Source of the DNA: a virus
Taxonomy: Duplodnaviria; Heunggongvirae; Uroviricota; Caudoviricetes
Virus record (IMG/VR): IMGVR_UViG_3300036760_000193
Coordinates: 155,395-193,203 of that record
Direction: 5' to 3' (one strand)
DNA length: 37,809 bases
In this document: piece after piece, positions 18,868 to 27,380 of the stretch
How the letters are laid out: each line of letters begins with the position of its first letter
Numbering within the stretch: position 1 is the first letter of the stretch
Position numbers and translations under genes: made by a program
Notes under the pieces: model-generated
Told to the model about the DNA's origin: nothing
What the model saw: the letters and a program-made list of their open reading frames with translations, nothing else
The model's database searches: none

Positions 18868-21800
18868 TCAGTCAGACCTTGGTTGCCCAAAGAACCACGT
18901 CACTTCGTAACTTCCGATTGGCGGGGTCTGTGTAGGCTCCAGAAGGTCTAAGTTAATCTTCTGCTTTCTCTCTGTATCTTCAGGCTTAGGGTAATCCGTT
19001 GTTGACCTATTCCAGTCATGGTAAACGTTTCCACCGCTACCATCACCACCAGGCAGGTCTTCTGCGTGTTGCTCGTCGTAAATTTGCTCCATTTCGTCGT
19101 CAGTATAGGTATTTGACAGGTTTCCAGCGTATTTATAAGTATTTATAATTTTATCTTGACTAGCTGACATCCTCTGTAATGCCAATTCAAGTAGGTCTCG
19201 AACTTTTTGGTAGTCTTTCAACTCCCCACCAATTGGGTCTGCAATGTCCAAATCCCCCATTAAAAACGTTTTTCCTTGAGCTTGTGGGAATAAATCCATT
19301 AAGTCCTCTACTTGCCAGGTCTCCATTACAAAAATTATATCTGCCTGGGCTACATCCGCTTCTGTCACCTGTGTAGATGTGTGAAGCTGATAAGGTATAT
19401 TTTTCTCTTTCAAAACCTGTTCTACAAATGGAGCCGTCTTACCCCCACTTGGAACGTATAGCCCACGCGAAACCACATTCAAATCAGGACGAATGCTACG
19501 TAAAATGTTTTCTGCCATAGGGCTACGGCAAGTGTTGCCAGAACATACAATAAGAACGTTCTTCACTGTCCCCACCGCAACTTTAGTTACATCTCGTTTA
19601 GATAGGCCAGCTGCCATAGCAGGTTCTTCATCCCGCCAATGTTGCTTGTGAACCCTGATGTAGTCCATAACTAATTTTCGGACAGGAGTAGACGCCCTTT
19701 GAAGTAGATAATTCAGAGAATTTTTCTGGGCTTTCATATCCAATAGTTTTTTGAACCACTGATGCCATTCCTCAAATTTATCCAAAAGCTTTCCTGTATT
19801 GTGTCCTAAATCATGGAAATGGTCTATCAATACAACAAGTTTCTGCAAATCTGTTGTATTTTGCATTTCATGGATTGTTCTGGCAACCTCCGCCCATAAT
19901 GGTCCACCATACTGATGCTTCCACGGAGCGAACTTAAAAATTTTATAAAAATCAAAAGCAGAATATTCACTAAAATTATCTGGAGCTTCATACCACGCCC
20001 CACCAGCACCACCGACATATCTACCTTCACCAGCATGTTTCTGTAATCTAATCTTGCGACGAGATTCAAACTGAAATTGTAATTGCTTCTTCTGATTCTC
20101 TTGAAAATCTTTGTCTATGTCTAGCCCCTGTTCATAAGAAACTAGATTGTGACCATTATGTTCTCCGTCTTCAAGCGTATCAGCTGCATCCAAAGACCCA
20201 AGCGCGTCATCTTGGATTATCTTTGGAACAACAAATTTATGGTCGTCTGTACAATAAAATGCTTCTTCTTTTAGAGCCTTAGCCAAAACATCATCGTAAC
20301 ATGAGTCACAATATGTACTTTCATTAAAAGAATACGCACTGTCATCATCCAATCCTTCACTACAATTCTCACAAGAATAAGGGTATTCATATTCATCTTC
20401 TCTATCAGGATCGCCAGAATAATTTCCCGAATATCCAGAATCATGATATTCGTAATATGGCTTTAATTCCTCTGGAAAGTCATCTTCTGGTATTCCCTTA
20501 ACCCATTGTGTAGTTTCTGCTTCATCTTTTAATTCAAACATCCCACGACGAATATATTCTTCACGCAAAGATAGAACGATATTTTGAAAAATCCTAAATC
20601 CATCATAATGTTCTGGGTCAACATTTTTTCCAGAAATTTCTTCTGGTGGTAGTAGGGACATCAAATAAAAATCAACTACATCTTGTTGCTCTACAGCTTC
20701 TTTTTGTAAACTACCACGTCGATTAAAAGTCCTGCGTACTTCTTGTTGTAAGGATTTGAACGGCCACATTACTTCAGCATAGTTATCACTTAAGTCCGCA
20801 ACTATAATAGGTTGACCATCTTCCATGAAAGTTGCTAAAGTATTGTCTATATAGGAAGGAAGATTCTTAATACTGGCAACTTCTACGCCCACCATGCCTC
20901 TTGCGCGAGAAGTGTCACCAATTCTAGCCCAGCCCTTTTCTAACATTTCACGGGCTACATCAAAATAATCTCTCTTTTTGGCATCAACAATTCCATATTG
21001 TTTTTGCAATAAGGGGGCGTTTCTCAAAACCCACTCACCATGAGTTCTAGCTCCACCTTCTCTGGCATTATATGCTTTTCCATCAGGGGCTACCCAGAAT
21101 CCAAATTGAGAAAATGCACGTTTAGAAAGAGGCATTTCAGCCTTGCCTTCTTCCATTAACATCTCATTTACTTCGTCTTCATTGCTGTAGTTCGGGCCGG
21201 TAGGCTTCTTCATGAACTTCCAAGGATATCTCGAATTCAAATTCTCATCATTGGTTCCCCATTCAAATGTGGTTGGCAAAGGCTTGAAAGGTTCCAAATC
21301 TTGGCTTTTGGATGATAAAGGCAACCCAACTGACTCTGGTTTTTGGTCTACTGGTTGTGGCGGTTCTGAAATAGGAATATCATTCTGTGGTTTATTCTTT
21401 TGTTCTAGGTCTTGCATAAATCTATTAACTTCGCGCTGCAAAGACTTGAATGGGTATTTTACAGTAGCCCAATCATTCTGATATACGTCTTCCACATGAA
21501 TCATTGATCCATCTGTAGCAAATGACGCAAGAACATCTTCCACAATCGACGGAATGTTATGAATATCTAATGTTCTAATACCTACCTGAGAACCATGATA
21601 ATCACCAATACGAGTCCAACCTCGTTCTATTAAAATAGAATTGATGTCGAATGATTCCTCACTAGATAAATCTTTTGGGAGACTAATTTTATACTTCTGC
21701 CGTAACATGGTTCTATTGTTCTCAATCCATTCAGCATGAGTAATATCTTTGCCTGTTTCTTTACCACGAACTTCATAAACTTGTTTATCTGGGGCAATCC

Positions 21801-24800
21801 ACCAGGCATGAGCACTGAAAGCAGTTGTTTCAAAATTAGCATGTTTAGAAAGACCTAGAGTCGCTACTTGTTTCTGTCGTAATGGGTGCAGAAATTCATT
21901 AACAGCCTGTTGTAAAGAAGGAAATGGATCGGTGACAACTATAAATACAGAAGTTAAATCTTCAACTCCAATCTGATGTGGGTCTTCATTTGGATCAAAA
22001 AATTTGTCAATTATATTGTCAGCAACTGAGGGTAAATTATGTAGGTCTTTTACCTCAATACAAAATTGAAATCCACCCATATCATTAGTGACTCTGACCC
22101 ACCCAGCTTCTAACATACCAGGAATTATATTCCAAGCATCTTGCAGTAATAAATGACTGTCATATATATCAACAAATTTTGCAAGACGTGGGTCTTTGGA
22201 GTGTGTCTGAATCCAACCTGGATGTGTCTCACCCTTTAATGGTATAAACTCACCATCTGGGGCTACCCAGTATTTTTGATCTAACATAGCTTGTTTAGAC
22301 TGAACTTCCCCAGTTCCACCTGTGGGAATCTCTTGAAAATTCTTCAAATCAAAAATAGAAATCTGATTGTGCTTTTTACCAAGTTCTATAGCTTTCTCAC
22401 GATCTGAGATCGTTAAAGAGATGTCCAAATAGTATTTGCCGCCATTATTCCAAATTCCAAGACTATTATCTGGACTTTGTAATAAATCAGCTTTACTCTG
22501 AATATAATTATTCAAATCTTGAATGGTTGGTTCGTGATCTAAAACAACTGAATGCTCTGGGTATATAGAAACAGCATAGTTTTCAGTCCCAGATAAATTG
22601 CCCTTTGAAAAATTCCATGTGGCACCGCCAGTTTCTCTAACCAACTTAATAATATCTGGTAATACGTCAGCATGTTTCAATAACACTGCAACACGCTGTT
22701 CCCGCTGTTTAGGCTTATTATCTAAACGATGGCGCAACTCATACACTATCTTCTCTTGGATATTTCCAATTGGATCGTCAACCAAGGCATTATTTCCGCT
22801 GTAATCATTAAACCATACACCTTTCTGAATGTTAGGATCAAAGAACTGTTCAACAAAAGGTTCCACAGAAGCTGGCATTTTATTAATATCCCAAACTGTT
22901 ACCATAAATTGTACACTACTATCACCAATTGTAACTCTTGCCCAGCCCTGCTCTTCAATCATATAATCATAAGCTTGATCTAGTAGATACTCACCATCTG
23001 GTGTACCTTCTGTTTCGTATAGTTTATCAAAACCCAGATCATGCCAATTATTTCTTATCCAATCAATATGAATACCATGTACTTTGAAATATTCTCCCTG
23101 GGGAGAAATCCAATACTTAAAATCAAGAGCTTCTTTATTAAGAGACGCAGCCATAGGCGTTTGGCGTTGTATCATTTTCTTTCTTTGTAATTCCTTATTA
23201 ACCGCTCTCTGTAATCCAGAATGCCAATTTGTAACTTCAACCCATGTTCCGTCAGCATCTTCCAAAGTTACAGGAGTATCCGCCCCCATTGTTGATAAAA
23301 GATGCGATTCGATAAAATCTGGTATGTCTTTAAGACTTAAAAGATGAACTCCAAGTTTACGATGATCGTCAGAAATACGTATCCATCCATGTTCAATTAA
23401 TTGAGAAGTCGGATTTTCGTCTTCATACAAGTCGATATTGTATTGATCGTGTAGCATAGTTTCATTGGTCTTTGCCCAATCATCATGAGTTACACCTTCC
23501 CAATTAGAGTAACTGAAATTACCAAAATTATAAAATTTCCCATTTGGGTCGAGCCAACCACGGGCAGCACTGGCCGTCTTTTCTGTTGATGCAGTTTTAT
23601 CTTCTTTGAAGAAATCTAAAATCTTCTGCCATATACCCTTGCGTGGTTTGTCAGCATGTTCTCCGCCTTCCCAAGTCTCTTCATCAGATACTGTGTCTGG
23701 GTCCAATGGTATTTCTACATCACTATCACCTTGCCAAGGATTATCAGGAGCTTGAACAATAGACGGCATGAAAGCAGCAGCTTTTTCTTCTGGTGCGTAA
23801 AGGTCTCTCAGTATTTGTCGTTTAATGTCTTTGGTTGGTATATGAACAGGACGTTCTCGTCCGCCTCTATCCATTATTGTAACATAACCATAACCTACTT
23901 TATCATTCAAATATTGGTTTAACCAATCAGGTATCATTTCTACATCCCACACCAATACTTTTGGTGGTGAAGATTGATCGTCTATAGCTATGTAACCTTT
24001 ATTCAAATATTCTTCATAGGCTTCTTGAGTTAATTCAAATTGGCCTGGATCAACAACATGTGGGGCGTCTCCTGGAGTAAACCAATGAAGTTTAGCTTTC
24101 TTTTCCATGAAATAAGCTACTATATTGACAGAAGAGGTCTTGTTTTTCATCTCTTCTCTGTCTCTCTTCATCCAATATTCATGTTCTGCGGCTCTATTCC
24201 AATAGTCTTCTGTGAGATTAATTACCTGATCTAGCTTCGTAAAAATACCCGTATTATCAGAGTATGAATAATCATGACCCATAGATCGAACTATTTCAGC
24301 GTGTTCAGCGGCAAAGGCATCCCATAAATAAATGTTCCCATTAACATCCATATAATAACGCACAGAAGGCTCTTCGCTTTCATTAAAACAAAGTTCTGCT
24401 TCATCCAATGTCGGATTTTTGTAAACTTTTACAATTTTACCATGTCGTGGTACTTCAATAAGTGTAGCGGCCTTTCGTCTCTTATCAGTCTTGGAGTATC
24501 TGGCGTCTTCAAATTTATTTGCCATATCTCTTGCTACTTCAACAGTTTCTAAAAATCCAGAATTTGAATTTGCACGTCCAAAATTCAGCCCCAAATATGA
24601 AGCAGCAGCATGATGTGTAAAGGAACTGGCGTTCCATATATATAAATCTCCATTATCTGTAGCTCCCCAACGAAGTTCCATATACGATGAATGAGTTAAT
24701 AGTTCTTCGGCATCATCCGCAGTGGGATTCTTTGTAATAGCTCCCCAGTTATTTATCGGTATGACTTGATCTGACGCCTCTTTCTTATTTCCACCACCAA

Positions 24801-26949
24801 GAGTGATAAAAACAGGATCGCCGTCTTTGGGAGAGAATTTAACGGTGTCAAGTTCAAGTTCCAGACCGTCTAATATGTCCACACCAGCGTACTCTTTTCC
24901 AAGTCCGCTTTCCACGTATGCAACTGTGCAATGGGGATGATAGTCTGGTTGTTGATCTTCGTTATCTAATTCCGAAAGTTTCTTGTGAAGCCTATCAATA
25001 TCTTCACTGTCTACCTCAATAAAAATGGCGTCCATATCGTTCTCAAAAACCTTAGTCTTCTTGAACTTTACTCTTACAGGCTTTTCATCTTTTAGAATCT
25101 TCTCTACATCTTTTGAATCATTAGTAAGGAGGCCGAATAGAACGGTGATGTGTGATTCCAACTCTCTACCATATCTCTTTGTGTCATCATCATACAAATT
25201 CTCATTTGGTATGTTCTCTACGCTCCATTCCACGATCTTTTGGGCTATGTCTTTTGGTAAAACAAAGTGGGTAGAGGAATAATCGTACTCAACGTTGTGC
25301 TGCGCTGTTTTGGCTACCATACGTTGACGAACAATAGCTTGATTAACGGCGTTCTGCAAATTTGGAAAGGGGGAAGAAATTTCTACAGTTCCTACATTGT
25401 CTTCGACTTCAATATTTCCTCCCTTATAATTACTTGCTATAAAATCGTCTATATATTCTGGAATTTGTTTCTTATTAGAAAGTTCTATGTTGAATGAACT
25501 TGCATCTTCGTAGGAATCTCCAATACGTACCCAACCAGCGGCTATTAACTCGTAAAGTGACTTCTCTACATTTCTACGTGCCCAACCATCGTGTGTTTCT
25601 CCGTCATCTAATGGAATTACTTTACCTCTGGTGTCTATCCAAACACGAACATCACCGATAGAGGCTTTCTTTTTGGTTTTAGAATGTCCTATTGTGTCAA
25701 CAACATCTTTCCAATCCGTAAATACAATGTTACGGTCGTCAATGTAATATTCTGCGATAGGTTTGCCAATAAAAATTTCATCATACGGAATGTCATGTTT
25801 CTTCATGAATTCTCGTATTTCGTCTGCACCTTCTGGAGTATTTGCTCTGCCACTGTAAATTATAATATTCCAGCCTTCAGATTTCAGTTTATCAAAAGCC
25901 TCTTTGACTCCAGGCATTGGGTCTGATATTTCTCGATCTGGCGTATTCTCAGCAATGGTCTTATCAAAGTCGATCATCAACTTATTGTGATGATTGTCTT
26001 CCAAACCAGCTTTCTTAACAGGCTCTGTTACAATTTCTTTGATCTCAGGAATGACATCTTCTGTTACTTCAATGGTTTCCTCTGTCACTTCCAATAAATC
26101 TTTAAGCTGTGTAATGATGTAGAAATACCCAAACCGTTGAAGATACTTAAATTTAATCTCATCTTCAGACGTGGCATCGAACTCCTTTGTGTGCCGGATC
26201 TGAACCATCTTTGTTTTTATATCAATGAGTTCTTGGATTTCAGTCTCTATGTGTTCAAGTTTGGCATCTAACTTTTCTTTGAACAATTTCTTCGCTTTTG
26301 AATCCCAAGCCTTGATTGTCTCTTGAAGTTCTTCCACTTTAGAAATTTGACGTTTGATGTCTCCAAGGCTGATATCCAATTCTCCAGCCAACTTAGCGGC
26401 ATCTTCAACAAATTTAGGTTTGGACTCCTCGATGTCAAAATCCATACTAATTTTAACAGGGTCTTTTATCCACTTGTCCTCCTGTACGTCGTATATGCCA
26501 ACGCGAGTAGTATCATCGGATGATTTGGGAGTTACAAAATAGAATTCAGCGGGGTGTTTGGTTCCTGGTAAAACAAAAGATGGGTCACTGAAGAATTCCT
26601 TTCTTAGACCGTCTAAGAAATCTTCAGCTTCTTTGGCAGATGCTCCAGCTTTTTCTGATTCTATGAACTTAGGAAAGTCCACATATATATGAATATCACA
26701 ATCCGAGGCGGATGTATATTGGTAGGTTGTTAAACTTCCAACGATATGAATGGATTTATACCAATCTTCAAAATGCTTAAGACCAGCGTTTTCGAGGTTT
26801 TGATTTAGGCGGGATAGGATAGCTTCTTTGTGTTTGGGCAGAAGCTGTCCATCACTGTCCCAGACATTAGGGTCAAGGCCAGGGTGTGGATAATCGAGTA
26901 TTGATGAAAATTTATGAAACACATTGTTGGTTCTTGTTGAAATATTCAT
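18868..26949 (-). CDS. 2693-aa multidomain putative polyprotein (NTase, HAD, 2H/Acb1-like, SAM-lyase-like, LMW phosphatase, repeated unknown domains)
   Basis: Single open frame; catalytic motifs GS..SDCDIH, DFDKT, HIT/HCT, CSGNTCRS; K-x-A at each module boundary. Confidence 0.85.
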   Translation of the reverse strand: MNISTRTNNVFHKFSSILDYPHPGLDPNVWDSDGQLLPKHKEAILSRLNQNLENAGLKHFEDWYKSIHIVGSLTTYQYTSASDCDIHIYVDFPKFIESEKAGASAKEAEDFLDGLRKEFFSDPSFVLPGTKHPAEFYFVTPKSSDDTTRVGIYDVQEDKWIKDPVKISMDFDIEESKPKFVEDAAKLAGELDISLGDIKRQISKVEELQETIKAWDSKAKKLFKEKLDAKLEHIETEIQELIDIKTKMVQIRHTKEFDATSEDEIKFKYLQRFGYFYIITQLKDLLEVTEETIEVTEDVIPEIKEIVTEPVKKAGLEDNHHNKLMIDFDKTIAENTPDREISDPMPGVKEAFDKLKSEGWNIIIYSGRANTPEGADEIREFMKKHDIPYDEIFIGKPIAEYYIDDRNIVFTDWKDVVDTIGHSKTKKKASIGDVRVWIDTRGKVIPLDDGETHDGWARRNVEKSLYELIAAGWVRIGDSYEDASSFNIELSNKKQIPEYIDDFIASNYKGGNIEVEDNVGTVEISSPFPNLQNAVNQAIVRQRMVAKTAQHNVEYDYSSTHFVLPKDIAQKIVEWSVENIPNENLYDDDTKRYGRELESHITVLFGLLTNDSKDVEKILKDEKPVRVKFKKTKVFENDMDAIFIEVDSEDIDRLHKKLSELDNEDQQPDYHPHCTVAYVESGLGKEYAGVDILDGLELELDTVKFSPKDGDPVFITLGGGNKKEASDQVIPINNWGAITKNPTADDAEELLTHSSYMELRWGATDNGDLYIWNASSFTHHAAASYLGLNFGRANSNSGFLETVEVARDMANKFEDARYSKTDKRRKAATLIEVPRHGKIVKVYKNPTLDEAELCFNESEEPSVRYYMDVNGNIYLWDAFAAEHAEIVRSMGHDYSYSDNTGIFTKLDQVINLTEDYWNRAAEHEYWMKRDREEMKNKTSSVNIVAYFMEKKAKLHWFTPGDAPHVVDPGQFELTQEAYEEYLNKGYIAIDDQSSPPKVLVWDVEMIPDWLNQYLNDKVGYGYVTIMDRGGRERPVHIPTKDIKRQILRDLYAPEEKAAAFMPSIVQAPDNPWQGDSDVEIPLDPDTVSDEETWEGGEHADKPRKGIWQKILDFFKEDKTASTEKTASAARGWLDPNGKFYNFGNFSYSNWEGVTHDDWAKTNETMLHDQYNIDLYEDENPTSQLIEHGWIRISDDHRKLGVHLLSLKDIPDFIESHLLSTMGADTPVTLEDADGTWVEVTNWHSGLQRAVNKELQRKKMIQRQTPMAASLNKEALDFKYWISPQGEYFKVHGIHIDWIRNNWHDLGFDKLYETEGTPDGEYLLDQAYDYMIEEQGWARVTIGDSSVQFMVTVWDINKMPASVEPFVEQFFDPNIQKGVWFNDYSGNNALVDDPIGNIQEKIVYELRHRLDNKPKQREQRVAVLLKHADVLPDIIKLVRETGGATWNFSKGNLSGTENYAVSIYPEHSVVLDHEPTIQDLNNYIQSKADLLQSPDNSLGIWNNGGKYYLDISLTISDREKAIELGKKHNQISIFDLKNFQEIPTGGTGEVQSKQAMLDQKYWVAPDGEFIPLKGETHPGWIQTHSKDPRLAKFVDIYDSHLLLQDAWNIIPGMLEAGWVRVTNDMGGFQFCIEVKDLHNLPSVADNIIDKFFDPNEDPHQIGVEDLTSVFIVVTDPFPSLQQAVNEFLHPLRQKQVATLGLSKHANFETTAFSAHAWWIAPDKQVYEVRGKETGKDITHAEWIENNRTMLRQKYKISLPKDLSSEESFDINSILIERGWTRIGDYHGSQVGIRTLDIHNIPSIVEDVLASFATDGSMIHVEDVYQNDWATVKYPFKSLQREVNRFMQDLEQKNKPQNDIPISEPPQPVDQKPESVGLPLSSKSQDLEPFKPLPTTFEWGTNDENLNSRYPWKFMKKPTGPNYSNEDEVNEMLMEEGKAEMPLSKRAFSQFGFWVAPDGKAYNAREGGARTHGEWVLRNAPLLQKQYGIVDAKKRDYFDVAREMLEKGWARIGDTSRARGMVGVEVASIKNLPSYIDNTLATFMEDGQPIIVADLSDNYAEVMWPFKSLQQEVRRTFNRRGSLQKEAVEQQDVVDFYLMSLLPPEEISGKNVDPEHYDGFRIFQNIVLSLREEYIRRGMFELKDEAETTQWVKGIPEDDFPEELKPYYEYHDSGYSGNYSGDPDREDEYEYPYSCENCSEGLDDDSAYSFNESTYCDSCYDDVLAKALKEEAFYCTDDHKFVVPKIIQDDALGSLDAADTLEDGEHNGHNLVSYEQGLDIDKDFQENQKKQLQFQFESRRKIRLQKHAGEGRYVGGAGGAWYEAPDNFSEYSAFDFYKIFKFAPWKHQYGGPLWAEVARTIHEMQNTTDLQKLVVLIDHFHDLGHNTGKLLDKFEEWHQWFKKLLDMKAQKNSLNYLLQRASTPVRKLVMDYIRVHKQHWRDEEPAMAAGLSKRDVTKVAVGTVKNVLIVCSGNTCRSPMAENILRSIRPDLNVVSRGLYVPSGGKTAPFVEQVLKEKNIPYQLHTSTQVTEADVAQADIIFVMETWQVEDLMDLFPQAQGKTFLMGDLDIADPIGGELKDYQKVRDLLELALQRMSASQDKIINTYKYAGNLSNTYTDDEMEQIYDEQHAEDLPGGDGSGGNVYHDWNRSTTDYPKPEDTERKQKINLDLLEPTQTPPIGSYEVTWFFGQPRSD
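19135..19575 (-). other. Domain: low-molecular-weight phosphatase (YwlE/PtpA fold)
   Basis: VLIVCSGNTCRSPMAE P-loop, ADIIFVM, DIADPIGG. Confidence 0.9.
22297..22668 (-). other. Domain: possible SAM lyase (T3 SAMase-like)
   Basis: GIW...YLDIS...AIELGKKHNQISIFDL resembles the G-aromatic...acidic...A..LG...Q pattern of phage SAM lyases; recalled similarity only. Confidence 0.4.
24784..25302 (-). other. Domain: 2H phosphoesterase, Acb1/T4 gp57B-like
   Basis: Two HxT motifs: ESHITVLFG (H at 25150-25152) and YHPHCTVAY (H at 24931-24933), about 170 aa. Confidence 0.8.
25672..26007 (-). other. Domain: capless HAD-family phosphatase
   Basis: IDFDKT (motif I), IIIYSGR (II), GKP (III), YIDD (IV). Confidence 0.85.
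26017..26905 (-). other. Domain: Pol-beta-superfamily nucleotidyltransferase plus helical bundle
   Basis: IVGSLTTYQYTSASDCDIHI (hGS...DxD), third acidic residue in PAEFY, followed by a coiled coil. Confidence 0.75.
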
Positions 26950-27379
26950 GCGCCTTTTGATTGAACCCCTTATCTTCTAAAATTCCCAGGCGGACATTAC
27001 AACGATAACATAACAATCCACGTACTGCCCCTGTTTGGTGGTTGTGATCCACGGCTAAAGAACTTTTAAGTTTTGATTGGGGCGTTCTACAAATAGAACA
27101 TTTTCCCTGCTGACTCTTATAAAAACGCTTGTAATCTTCTATTGTAAATACAGACCCGTCTAAATTTCTAATGCCTTGAATTTTCCACGCCGCTTTACGT
27201 GCGGTTTCTCTATGTTTTTTAAGATTCTTCTTTTTGCATTTGTAAACAGATTCCTGAAGTTTTTCAGGATTTTCTTTACCCCATTTATGGCTGTGTTCTC
27301 GTCTGCATTCTTTACAAACTTTGTAAGAATCTCTACCTACTACAAATGTGTCATGTTTACGTTTACAGAATTGTTTCAT
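26912..27379 (-). CDS. Endonuclease VII-family free-standing homing endonuclease
   Basis: N-terminal CKRKH...CKEC; QQGKCSIC...LAVDHNHQTGAVRGLLCYRCNVRLG. Confidence 0.85.
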   Translation of the reverse strand: MKQFCKRKHDTFVVGRDSYKVCKECRREHSHKWGKENPEKLQESVYKCKKKNLKKHRETARKAAWKIQGIRNLDGSVFTIEDYKRFYKSQQGKCSICRTPQSKLKSSLAVDHNHQTGAVRGLLCYRCNVRLGILEDKGFNQKAHEYFNKNQQCVS

Positions 27380-27380
27380 T

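Noticed and set aside
18868-26949. Polyprotein as tape measure, virion RNA polymerase or intein-containing protein
   Set aside because: No long helical repeats, no DxDGD motif, no intein C/S...HN-C/S/T or LAGLIDADG motifs seen.
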